Program-made: the position numbers and the translations under genes | Notes under the pieces: generated by a model | Seen by the model: the letters and a program-made list of their open reading frames with translations, nothing else | The model's database searches: none | Told to the model about the DNA's origin: nothing | Shown: positions 28,759-38,397 of the stretch, piece after piece | How the letters are laid out: every line of letters begins with the position of its first letter | Numbering within the stretch: the stretch's first letter is position 1 | NCBI GenBank assembly: GCA_029261215.1 | Contig: JAJDBT010000017.1 | Coordinates: 28-64,027 of the forward strand | Length of the DNA stretch: 64,000 bases | Direction of reading: 5' to 3' | Origin: Nitrospirota bacterium | GTDB taxonomy: Bacteria; Nitrospirota; Nitrospiria; SBBL01; JAADHI01

Positions 28759-29430
28759 TCAAGACACATTTTCGTTAATAAAAAGCCGTTTATCTTTCAA
28801 CAATTCACCGGGGTCAATCATTAATAATGGAGTATTGTTGATTTGTATTTCAGATTTCACAATTTTATTTTTTTCATAAAAAAAAGTAGATACCGGCTGA
28901 ATGGATTCTTTTGGCAATTCAAGTAAATTATCTAATTGATTAATCACAATCCCCGCTTGACTCCCTTTATATTCCACAATGAGGATTTTACTTTTAATGT
29001 TCGACGTTAAAAAATCTAAGCCCCTTGAAACCTCGTTTTTATGTTCTGTCAATTCAGACTCAAAACCAAATAAGAGGTTGAGGTCTATGATCGTGAGTAC
29101 TGCGCCTCTATAATTAATCAAACCCGAAAAAACAGATGGGGTGCAGGGTATTTTTGTAATTTGATTGACTTCATAAACTTCTAATAAATATTGCACCTCT
29201 ATGCCGAATAACCCGCAATCCAGTTTGAAGGAAATGATGTTTAAAAGGGCTTCATCCTCTCTCGTCTTTCCCTTTTCAAAGCTCAGGTTTCTTGCCCGTT
29301 CATTGAAAATTCTGTCTTTTTCATCTTCTGTGATTTTGTGAATCATCTGTGACTTGTTTCGGAGTGCTTCAGCTCTTTTTTTGAATTTTTCCCACACATC
29401 AAGATCGAAACCATCGTTCGTATTATTCAT
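28759..29430 (-). CDS. CheW-like coupling protein with an N-terminal extension
   Basis: CheW core pattern: FKLDCGLFGIEVQYLLEVYEV..ITKIPCTPSVFSGLINYRGAVLTIIDL. Confidence 0.8.
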   Translation of the reverse strand: MNNTNDGFDLDVWEKFKKRAEALRNKSQMIHKITEDEKDRIFNERARNLSFEKGKTREDEALLNIISFKLDCGLFGIEVQYLLEVYEVNQITKIPCTPSVFSGLINYRGAVLTIIDLNLLFGFESELTEHKNEVSRGLDFLTSNIKSKILIVEYKGSQAGIVINQLDNLLELPKESIQPVSTFFYEKNKIVKSEIQINNTPLLMIDPGELLKDKRLFINENVS

Positions 29431-29891
29431 GATGAAATTTCACTCAATTTCAGATCAATACAAGCCAGGGATCTATCTGCCATGTTTAATATTTCCTCAA
29501 GGTCGATCAACATGCTTAACCGTGAATCTAATTGAACAACGCCCGAGATATATTTAATATCAATGTCTTCATGCATTGTCGGTGGAGGAATGATTTGGTG
29601 ATCCTGAATATCCACAACGGAAAGCACTTTATCAACAATCAAGCCCATGATTTTTTTATCAACCTTAATCACGATAATATCATTTGAAAGTTCATGACAC
29701 GCGACTTCCAAATCAAGCCATTTTCTCAATTCAATAATTGGAACAGCACATCCCCTTAAATTGATTACCCCGCAAAAGAAAGACGGGAGTTTTGCCACAG
29801 GCGTGATTGCAGGCAAGGGGATCACTTCTTCTACAAAGGTGACATCAATAGAATAATGGACATTTTTTAATGAAAACGTGACTAGGGTCAT
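29427..29891 (-). CDS. cheW: CheW coupling protein
   Basis: VTFSLKNVHYSIDVTFVEEVIPLPAITPVAKLPSFFCGVINLRGCAVPIIELR. ATGA overlaps on both sides. Confidence 0.85.
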   Translation of the reverse strand: MTLVTFSLKNVHYSIDVTFVEEVIPLPAITPVAKLPSFFCGVINLRGCAVPIIELRKWLDLEVACHELSNDIIVIKVDKKIMGLIVDKVLSVVDIQDHQIIPPPTMHEDIDIKYISGVVQLDSRLSMLIDLEEILNMADRSLACIDLKLSEISS

Positions 29892-31387
29892 CTTGTTTTA
29901 GTGTGTTGCTCCACGATTCGTTTAAACATCCCCACCACTAAAAATTCGGTTTCAAAAATAATTTCATCCGTGGCTTTTGATGTGACTAAGGTTCGTGCAT
30001 TTTCAAAACATTGCTCTGCTTCAGACGCACGTTTCATTGAGAGATAAATATTGCCTGAAAAAAAATGAGCGAGGATAAAATCAGGGTCGATGTACAGCGC
30101 TTTATTAATATTCTTCAGCGCTTCTTCGGTCCGGCCTTTGGCCATGTATATCGTTGAAAGCGTGTAATAGGGTTCTTTAAAGAGGGGATCAATTTTAATC
30201 GCGCGCTCTGACCAGGCAATCGCTTCTTCAAAATCTTCCCGATTCGAAAAAACATGGGAAATCATCCAGCATGCACTTGCATTTCTGGAATTGATATCCA
30301 TAATGCGCAAGAATCGATCGATCACCAAATCATAATTTTTATCAAAATAAGCCTGCATGGCTTCATTGAATATTACTTTTTCTTCACTGGAAACAGATAC
30401 TTGGGCGATATTGACTGCTTCAGACTTGGGGGCCGTCAGGTTTTGTTCTTTTTTCGACTTAAGACAGGCCTCTTTTTTTATCCCCAATCCTTCTAAAATA
30501 TTGATATTCAGTCGCTTCTTTTTAGGCTTGGCGGAAAAAGGTGCCAATTCATTTTTTTGATAAATAATCGCGCCCGGAAAGGTTCTGGATTTAAACGACG
30601 CATAATTTTCTGCAGAGTGTTCAGCATCTCCGACGATCAAATAACCGCCTTCTTTCAAAACATCGAAGAATGTTCGTGCAAGAGTCATCGTCGTCTCTTT
30701 CTCAAAATAAATTGTGACATTTCGACAAAAGATAATGTCAAACTGCTTCTGATGATTCGTCGGACTGGGTGGCGGGTCAGAAATGAGGTTGTGTCTCTTA
30801 AAAGTAACAAAAGACTTATATTCATCGTTAATGAAATATCGGTCTTCTGTTTTAGTAAAAGCACGTTCTATTCTTTTATCATCCAGCCCTCGAAATGACC
30901 ATTGGCGATACATTCCCTTTATCGCACTTTTTAAGGCCATCTCGTCTATATCCGTCCCGAAAATTTCGATATGCCAACTTTCGATTTTTGGAATCAGCTT
31001 TTTCAACAAAATCGAAATAGAGTACGGTTCTTCTCCGGTAGAACATCCTGCGCTCCAAATTGAAATGCTTCTGGAAAGCCCGGCCTCCCGTTCTATAATT
31101 TTTGGCAAAAGATAATTTTCAAGAGATTCGAAATGAGCCTTTCCACGAAAAAAATAGGTTTCATTTGTTGTTAAGAGAGAGATGACTTTTTTGAGGTGAA
31201 AATCCCCTTCTCTTGTTTTTAAATATAAAATGTATTCACCCATGCCCGAAAAAGAGGTGCCTTGCAGGACATTTTGAACCATTTTTTTTATCGCACTAAA
31301 CTTGGATTCAGGAAAATATAGTCCCGTCCGCGTTTGAATAAAGTCCCGAAAAAGGGAGATATTTGTATTTGTGAGTGTTAAGGGCAT
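29888..31387 (-). CDS. cheR: Chemotaxis protein methyltransferase CheR with a C-terminal TPR domain
   Basis: IWSAGCSTGEEPYSISILL and FDIIFCRNVTIYFE SAM-methyltransferase signatures. The C-terminal ~170 aa carry TPR-like A..Y/F repeats. Confidence 0.9.
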   Translation of the reverse strand: MPLTLTNTNISLFRDFIQTRTGLYFPESKFSAIKKMVQNVLQGTSFSGMGEYILYLKTREGDFHLKKVISLLTTNETYFFRGKAHFESLENYLLPKIIEREAGLSRSISIWSAGCSTGEEPYSISILLKKLIPKIESWHIEIFGTDIDEMALKSAIKGMYRQWSFRGLDDKRIERAFTKTEDRYFINDEYKSFVTFKRHNLISDPPPSPTNHQKQFDIIFCRNVTIYFEKETTMTLARTFFDVLKEGGYLIVGDAEHSAENYASFKSRTFPGAIIYQKNELAPFSAKPKKKRLNINILEGLGIKKEACLKSKKEQNLTAPKSEAVNIAQVSVSSEEKVIFNEAMQAYFDKNYDLVIDRFLRIMDINSRNASACWMISHVFSNREDFEEAIAWSERAIKIDPLFKEPYYTLSTIYMAKGRTEEALKNINKALYIDPDFILAHFFSGNIYLSMKRASEAEQCFENARTLVTSKATDEIIFETEFLVVGMFKRIVEQHTKTR

Positions 31388-31762
31388 GTTCTAATAAATT
31401 ATACCTCGACTTTAAATATCTGCTGAGTCCCCTGGAGACTGATGAAAGAACTGTAACCTGCATGGATGAGACCTCGAATAAGAACCAGCTCCCAATCATG
31501 CTGACCACACTGAATATCAGATGTTTCGATACCGATACAGAACAATCCCCCCTGCATCTAGGTATTCATCGGATTTATCATTAAAAACTTTAATCATTGA
31601 AAAACAAGAACGATCGAAAAACGCCTTCATATCCCTATTTTTTATCGTTTAGGAAGGAACAAAATAATGGGGAGCAAGGTCAATGAGGGCAGGGAGGGTA
31701 GACCTGGTATGAAAAAATCTCTGAAGAAGGAGGATCTTTTGATGATTCCGGCCGTAAAAGAT

Positions 31763-32179
31763 TTAATCCAAACCTTGTTTTTCCAAAAATATCCGAAGGG
31801 CTTCTTTTAACTCTGGAATTTGTGGCAAATTATTATCAATCGCGCCAATAATATTCTCCATCCGCGCCATGCGCTGTAATTCCCTATCTTCGGCGATGAG
31901 GCGGTTTAACTCTGCATAAGCGTCTTTATGCGCAGCTTTTAGAAAAGGCTCACCCAGAAGCAACAGTTGAATCATCAACGCAGGCTGTAACTCTAAAGAT
32001 GGGCTAAAAATAAAGGCAGAATCCTCAAACATAACAATGCATTGCTTCTCATCGTTGATTGAGATGACTTTTTTGATCACTTTCCCCACCGCATCTTCCC
32101 AGGAGACTAGACGCCCTGGAAAAGATTTTGCGTAGGAAACCTTTTCTGCATTTACCTTCATTTTCTTTTCAACGTACAT
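31763..32179 (-). CDS. Hypothetical protein (138 aa)
   Basis: Clean ORF on the same strand as the che operon. No recognised motif. Confidence 0.45.
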   Translation of the reverse strand: MYVEKKMKVNAEKVSYAKSFPGRLVSWEDAVGKVIKKVISINDEKQCIVMFEDSAFIFSPSLELQPALMIQLLLLGEPFLKAAHKDAYAELNRLIAEDRELQRMARMENIIGAIDNNLPQIPELKEALRIFLEKQGLD

Positions 32180-32541
32180 AGATTCCCCTTTCCTATCAAT
32201 GGCTTCATTTTTTCAGGCAGCTGGCAGTGTACCATGCTTTAAAGTTCTAAATAATACCCGTCTTATTTTTCTTCAGAGCAATAAAGAGTGGCTTTTTTCA
32301 CATAATGATCTCTTCATTTTAAAACTTACAATGCTCCTATTTTAATCACCCTAAACCCACTTATAAATTGATTCTTGGATACAAAAGTAATAGGATAATC
32401 TTCTCTATGACAGGTTCGATGGGCAAGTATTGCTAATCTGGAAACTCCATTCTCTGCCAGAATTTTGGAAACCTGCACTGAAGGTCATCTTGATGATCAA
32501 AAAAGACAGCTCGGCCTTATTTTAACCGATAGAGGACCAGC

Positions 32542-35193
32542 ATGGATGATCATAAAAAAACGAAGAACACACTGATTCAAGAACTTCAGTCCCTTCGAAA
32601 ACAACAGCAAATCTCGTTGTTCCCGGTTGAAACTCAACACATTCACATCCTCAATCGCATCAGCCGGATTGCCCTGTACACAGAAACAATGGAAGAAACG
32701 CTGGGGAAAATCCTTGAAGAGATGCTTTTGTTCTTCAATTGCGACCGCGCATGGTTTTTTCAAGCATCCCATCCTGAGGCGACAACAATTTCCATCCCTT
32801 TTGAACGGTCTCGAGCGAAGTGGCCCGGTGCCAAAATCCGGGGGATCGAGATTCCTCGCACAAAAGAAATGCAATACGCAATTGATCTGACCTTAAAAGC
32901 CACAGCGCCTGTCGCCTTCGATTCCTCTTCAGGGCCTTTGATCCCAGAGACGATGGCCAAAGACTTTTCGGTCCGGTCGCAATTAATGCTCACCCTCTCT
33001 CCAAAAGTTGGGATGCCTTGGTTTATGGCCATTCATCACTGCGATCAATCCCATGTATTCACTTCAGAGGAAATCCAGGTTTTCAGTGAAATTGGACTCC
33101 AGGCAACAGAGATACTCAGCAGACTGATTTCCTTTCATAAGATCACCCTGAGCGAAAAAAAATACCGTGGCCTTTTTGAGTCGATGACTCAAGGCGTGGT
33201 TTATCAGGACGCCAAAGGACAGATTATTTCTGCAAACCCCGCTGCAGAACGTATTTTAGGTGTCAGCTTGGAACGCATGAAAGGCCGTTTTTTATTGAGT
33301 CCGGAATGGGAGATTACCCAAGAAGACGGCTCTGATTTTCCTGAAACATCGCACCCTTGCCACATGGCCCTTAAAACTGGAAAACCTGTTCGAAATGTGG
33401 TCATGGGCTTCCTGGATCGAAAGACCGCCGAACCGAGATGGGTTATGCTTGATGCCATTCCCCGCTTTCATGCTGGCAAAGATGCCCCGGTTGAAGTGTG
33501 TACCAGCTTCAGCGATATCACTGAACGAAAAAATGCGGAAGAAAAAGTGCGGATGTCGGTGGCCATCTTTCAAAATACGGCCGATGCCGTACTCATTACC
33601 AACGAGAAAAGTCGTATTATTTCTGTGAATAAGGCCTTCAGTCGCATTACCGGGTATTCAGAAAAAGAAGCCCTTCATCAAAACCCCATCATCTTAAAAT
33701 CAAAAAAACACGATAATGAGTTTTTTAAAACCATGGCGGCCACCCTAAAAAAAACGGGTTTATGGCAAGGAGAGCTCTTTATCCGGCGTAAAAATCAGGA
33801 GGCTTTTCCGGCATGGCTCAGCATTACTGCGGTTTATAATGAGAACGCGGTTTTAATCAATCACGTTTCTGTTTTTTCAGATATTACGCCATTAAAACGT
33901 TCTCAGGCCCAGGTCGATTTTTTGGCCTTTCATGACCCGTTAACACACCTGCCAAATCGATTACTTTTTAACGATCGCTTAAGCCATTCACTAAAACGTG
34001 CCCAACGTAAAGGCTATAAAATAGCACTGCTTTTTCTGGATCTCGATCATTTCAAAACGATTAACGATAGCCTGGGGCATCCAATAGGCGATATTTTGCT
34101 TCAACAAGTTGCGGAACGTATCAAGAGCGTCGTTCGGCAAGAAGATACGGTCGCACGTTTAAGCGGTGATGAATTTGTCGTCATCGTTGACCGCATCGAA
34201 ACGCAGGGGGTCACCGTACTGGCTCATAAATTAATGGCCACCTTTAACCCGCCTTTTGTCATTAATGACCATGAACTGCATGTCACCATAAGTATGGGCA
34301 TTACCATGTATCCCAGAGATGGAGAAGACAACGCCACGCTCATCAAAAATGCAGACACGGCGATGTATCAGGCCAAAGAGCAAGGTCGAAATAATTACGC
34401 ATTCTACACCCCGGCGCTCACAACAGCCGTTTTCAAACGATTAACGCTTGAGACCGAATTGCACCGGGCCATGAAAAATAATGAGCTCGTCCTTCATTAC
34501 CAACCTCAATACGCATTGGAGACAGGGGCATTAATCGGCGCCGAAGCCCTCATTCGATGGCAGCATCCAAAGCTGGGCCTGCTCGCGCCCGAACAATTTA
34601 TTCCCTACGCCGAAGAATCCGATTTAATTGTTTCGATTGGGAAATGGGTGCTCCTCACCGCCTGCAAACAAATCTCGGAATGGCGAAAAAAAGGCGTCAT
34701 GCTTGAGCGTATCGCGGTGAATATATCAGGCGCTCAGTTTCTAAAAGGAGAAATCGTAAAAACGGTCAAAGATGCACTCAAAAAATCAAAGTTGAGCCCC
34801 GAGATGTTAGAACTCGAAATCACCGAAAGCTTTTTCATGAAAAACACAAAATGGGCGATCAAAGCTTTGGAGCAACTGAAGGGACTTGGGGTAAGCATCG
34901 CGATAGATGATTTTGGAACCGGTTATTCCTCTTTGTCGTACCTAAAACGTCTGCCCGTAAACAAGCTGAAAATTGACCGTTCATTCATTCGGGATCTTCC
35001 GGAAGATATCAATGATAAGGCCATCGCCCAAACGGTTTTAGCGCTGGCACACGGACTTCATCATAAAGTGACTGCTGAAGGTGTCGAAACGAAAGAGCAA
35101 CAAGCCTACCTCAAAGACCTGGGCTGTGATGAAAGCCAGGGGTTTTTATACAGTCCTGCCGTCTCCCCCGAAAAGTTCGCCGCCCTTTTTTAA
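32542..35193 (+). CDS. GAF-PAS-PAS-GGDEF-EAL c-di-GMP signalling protein
   Basis: N-terminal GAF-like region. Two PAS blocks (YRGLFESMTQGVVYQD...; VAIFQNTADAVLITN...). GGDEF domain has an RQED I-site followed by SGDEF. EAL domain has GAEALIRW, ELEITES and DDFGTGYSSLSYLKRLP. Confidence 0.9.
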   Translation: MDDHKKTKNTLIQELQSLRKQQQISLFPVETQHIHILNRISRIALYTETMEETLGKILEEMLLFFNCDRAWFFQASHPEATTISIPFERSRAKWPGAKIRGIEIPRTKEMQYAIDLTLKATAPVAFDSSSGPLIPETMAKDFSVRSQLMLTLSPKVGMPWFMAIHHCDQSHVFTSEEIQVFSEIGLQATEILSRLISFHKITLSEKKYRGLFESMTQGVVYQDAKGQIISANPAAERILGVSLERMKGRFLLSPEWEITQEDGSDFPETSHPCHMALKTGKPVRNVVMGFLDRKTAEPRWVMLDAIPRFHAGKDAPVEVCTSFSDITERKNAEEKVRMSVAIFQNTADAVLITNEKSRIISVNKAFSRITGYSEKEALHQNPIILKSKKHDNEFFKTMAATLKKTGLWQGELFIRRKNQEAFPAWLSITAVYNENAVLINHVSVFSDITPLKRSQAQVDFLAFHDPLTHLPNRLLFNDRLSHSLKRAQRKGYKIALLFLDLDHFKTINDSLGHPIGDILLQQVAERIKSVVRQEDTVARLSGDEFVVIVDRIETQGVTVLAHKLMATFNPPFVINDHELHVTISMGITMYPRDGEDNATLIKNADTAMYQAKEQGRNNYAFYTPALTTAVFKRLTLETELHRAMKNNELVLHYQPQYALETGALIGAEALIRWQHPKLGLLAPEQFIPYAEESDLIVSIGKWVLLTACKQISEWRKKGVMLERIAVNISGAQFLKGEIVKTVKDALKKSKLSPEMLELEITESFFMKNTKWAIKALEQLKGLGVSIAIDDFGTGYSSLSYLKRLPVNKLKIDRSFIRDLPEDINDKAIAQTVLALAHGLHHKVTAEGVETKEQQAYLKDLGCDESQGFLYSPAVSPEKFAALF

Positions 35194-35272
35194 ACAATAA
35201 AACCTACCTTTCGAAAAAACCCGATTCCCAATCTAAGGATTCAAAATATCCTCAGATCCTTCCTCCCCTCTC

Positions 35273-35767
35273 TTAAGGCCGTATTCTTTTCGCTTTCCAA
35301 TATCGTTTTGACCAATAACGATTATCCATGTTTGAGATGGTAACGCCTTTGCTTGAAGATGCGTGTAAAAACCTGCGATTTTCCAAATAAATCCCTGTGT
35401 GTTTTTGAGTCATCCCGGTTTTAAAAAAGACCACGTCTCCGGCCATTAATTGATTTTGAGGGACGAATTGCCCTCTTTGCGCTTGCAGATGCGCAGATCT
35501 GGGGAGCTTTATCCCGAATTTTGAGCGGAATGTCAGTAAAACAAAACCGGAACAATCAATTCCTTTTTTATTCAGGCCCCCTTTTTTGTATCGGGTCCCT
35601 TTCCACTCACGATGCTGGGCGTACAAGGTTTTCTTGACCTGGGAGACATTCTTGAAGCTGCCGGAAACGCCCTTTTTGATCGGATGGGGAGGCAATACCC
35701 TTTTTTGCGTGCCGCCGTTGCAAGCGGCCAATAGGAATAAAATCAATAGAAATGACGCAAGCCTCAT
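35273..35767 (-). CDS. NlpC/P60 family peptidoglycan endopeptidase lipoprotein
   Basis: Lipobox LLAAC after the internal Met (MRLASFLLILFLLAAC). Catalytic Cys in GIDCSGFV and His in HTGIYL. The track start at 35851 is probably too long. Confidence 0.85.
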   Translation of the reverse strand: MRLASFLLILFLLAACNGGTQKRVLPPHPIKKGVSGSFKNVSQVKKTLYAQHREWKGTRYKKGGLNKKGIDCSGFVLLTFRSKFGIKLPRSAHLQAQRGQFVPQNQLMAGDVVFFKTGMTQKHTGIYLENRRFLHASSSKGVTISNMDNRYWSKRYWKAKRIRP

Positions 35768-35958
35768 GATAGGAACAAGAGAATGCTCCCTTGACCTTGA
35801 GAAGCCTGATGCTCGCACGGAAGGTTCCCTTTTTAAAAACCCGAATGCCATGAAATGATCTCCCTTCCCTGAGAATAAAGTGACAGGGTCTAAATGATAA
35901 GGTTGTTATTTGATGCCAAGGATATTTTTCGTTGTACTTACCTTTCTTCTGTCTACTC

Positions 35959-38397
35959 TTAAACAAATTGTTGTGGATCGATTTCAATATCCAGGCGCAC
36001 CCTTTTGCCGTTTTTCTTTCGCCAGGGATTCAAGGCTGCTTTTAAGACCTGGGCAATCTGCCTCTGATCTTCTCCTTTGAGTAGAATATGGTAACGATAT
36101 TCTTCACGCAAGCGGAGCAGTGGCGCGGGCGCGGGGCCCAGTATTTTTACATTCCTGCCGCGAATCGCTTTTTCGAGCGATTTTCCAAGATCCACTGCCG
36201 CATTGGCGGCCACATCATCTACCTTGTGTCGTAATAAGAGCAAGGCCAATCGACAATAGGGTGGATAGGAAATCTCTTCGCGCAAAACGATTGCGTCTTC
36301 ATAAAATTTCACATAATCCTGAGATGCAGCGGATTGGATCGACGGATCGTCAAGTTGATAGGTTTGCACGATCACTTCTCCCGAGTGCTCTCCCCGACCC
36401 GCCCGGCCTGCGACCTGTGTCAGCAACTGAAAGGTGCGTTCCGAGGATCTGAAATCCGGGACATGCAAGGACATGTCGGCCGAAATGACGCCCACAAGGG
36501 TGACTTTTGGAAAATCATGCCCTTTGGTAATCATCTGCGTGCCAATGAGAATATCGATTTCTTCTTTGGACATCGCACTCAAAATATCTGAATAAGCTCC
36601 TTTTTTTTGGGTGGCGTCCCGATCAAGCCTTGCAATACAGGCCTCTGGGAAAAGATGCCGCACCGTTTCCTCAATTTGTTCGGTTCCAATACCCAAAGCA
36701 TTTAAATGAACGCCCTGGCATTCCGGACATGTTTCAGGGGGTCGTTTTTGAAGACCGCAGTAATGACAAATGAGTTGTTTAAGACCTTTATGAAAGGTTA
36801 ATGAAACACTGCAACGATGGCAGACGGGTGTAAAACCACAATCTTGACACATAATAAAAGGCGAAAATCCTCTCCGATTCACAAAGAGTAGAGATTGCTC
36901 TTTCCGCTCCAAACGTATTTTGATGGCATCATGCAGCGTTTTGGTGAAAAAAGGTTTGACCCAGGTTTCTTTTTCTTTCAGGCTTACCAGCCGAACCGTT
37001 GGCAAAGGGCGTGTATCGATTCGATGTGGCAAATCCAGTTTCCGATACTTTCCGGTTTTACAGTTAAAATATGACTCAAATGAAGGCGTCGCAGAGCCAA
37101 GAATAACAACAGTTTTTTCATCTCTTGCACGAACGAGAGCCGCGTCCCGGCCATGATAACGACTCCCCTCCTCCTGCCGATAAGAGGCATCGTGCTCCTC
37201 GTCCACAATGATGATGCCGACATTTTTCAATGGTGCAAAAATGGCAGATCGCACGCCAATCACCACTTGTGCGTCCCCTTCCCGAATCCGCCGCCATTCA
37301 TCAAATCGTTCGCCGCTTGCCAAACCGCTGTGAAGCAGCGCGATTTTTTCTCCAAAACATTCCCTAAATCGTGCCGCGATATGTGTGGTCAGGCCGATCT
37401 CCGGCAGGAGCAGTATCGCGCCTTTCCCTGCCGCAACAACGGATGCAATGGCATTTAAATAAACCTCTGTCTTCCCGCTTCCGGTCACCCCATGCAGCAA
37501 AAAAGGCGCAAAAATCCCACTTTGAATGGCCGTCTCGATTTCTTTCAAGGCCAGGCTTTGATCTTGATTAAGTGAAATCGCTCCTTTCAGCGCAAAACCC
37601 CACCCCGTCGGCGGTTTTCTTAAAACGCGCTCCTCCTGCTGCTCAATCATTCCTTTTTCAATCAGACGTTTTAAGGCTGGGCGGATCGAAACATCCAGAT
37701 CTGTCGTGAATAAAGATCCACCGGACAAAACAAGCTGATTGATGACATCCGCCTGACGCGGCGCTGTTTTTTTTAGTGAGGCGACTGCGGCCATCGCTTT
37801 ATCTATTGACGTTTTCAAAATGATTTTTTGCACAACTTTTGGACGCACTGGAGGGGGCGTAACTTCCCAGTGTACATCCAAAATCCCTTTTTTCTTTAAA
37901 TCCGAAAAAACCGGGCCCAGCCCACCACCAAGCTGCTTACGAATTTCTTGTTCCAGTAGAGATGTCTTTTTAGACAACAGATGAATGAGGGCATTGGAAA
38001 GATCCGATAAGCCTGAAATGGTCGCTGCCTTTTTATCGTCTGCGATAGAGAAGCGCCTGCTTGGCACGACATGAATCCCTTGCGGAAGCGCGGTTTTCAA
38101 CACCCCCCCCAAAGGGCTTTGATAATAGTCTGAAATCCAGCAGAGCAGCTTAAACAAGGCTGGCTGAAACAAACTGTCTTCGTCCAAAATGGCCAAGACC
38201 CCTTTTGTCCGTGAGACATCGGGTGTTAGAATCATACGAATAAAATAAGCGACCTGCCATCTCCGGCCAAAGGGAACGAGTAATCGAGCGCCCGCTTCAA
38301 TCTTCTTTGAAGAAAGGCCGGAAGGCAGATGGTAATGAAAGCGTCCGTCCGTTTCCGGCAAGACACATTCGAGAAATAGTTTGTCCGCCGCCTTCAT
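35959..38397 (-). CDS. priA: Primosomal protein N' (replication restart helicase PriA)
   Basis: Walker A GVTGSGKTEVY, DEEHD box, and Cys-rich zinc region CQDCG..CHRC...CHYCG...CPEC. Confidence 0.95.
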   Translation of the reverse strand: MKAADKLFLECVLPETDGRFHYHLPSGLSSKKIEAGARLLVPFGRRWQVAYFIRMILTPDVSRTKGVLAILDEDSLFQPALFKLLCWISDYYQSPLGGVLKTALPQGIHVVPSRRFSIADDKKAATISGLSDLSNALIHLLSKKTSLLEQEIRKQLGGGLGPVFSDLKKKGILDVHWEVTPPPVRPKVVQKIILKTSIDKAMAAVASLKKTAPRQADVINQLVLSGGSLFTTDLDVSIRPALKRLIEKGMIEQQEERVLRKPPTGWGFALKGAISLNQDQSLALKEIETAIQSGIFAPFLLHGVTGSGKTEVYLNAIASVVAAGKGAILLLPEIGLTTHIAARFRECFGEKIALLHSGLASGERFDEWRRIREGDAQVVIGVRSAIFAPLKNVGIIIVDEEHDASYRQEEGSRYHGRDAALVRARDEKTVVILGSATPSFESYFNCKTGKYRKLDLPHRIDTRPLPTVRLVSLKEKETWVKPFFTKTLHDAIKIRLERKEQSLLFVNRRGFSPFIMCQDCGFTPVCHRCSVSLTFHKGLKQLICHYCGLQKRPPETCPECQGVHLNALGIGTEQIEETVRHLFPEACIARLDRDATQKKGAYSDILSAMSKEEIDILIGTQMITKGHDFPKVTLVGVISADMSLHVPDFRSSERTFQLLTQVAGRAGRGEHSGEVIVQTYQLDDPSIQSAASQDYVKFYEDAIVLREEISYPPYCRLALLLLRHKVDDVAANAAVDLGKSLEKAIRGRNVKILGPAPAPLLRLREEYRYHILLKGEDQRQIAQVLKAALNPWRKKNGKRVRLDIEIDPQQFV

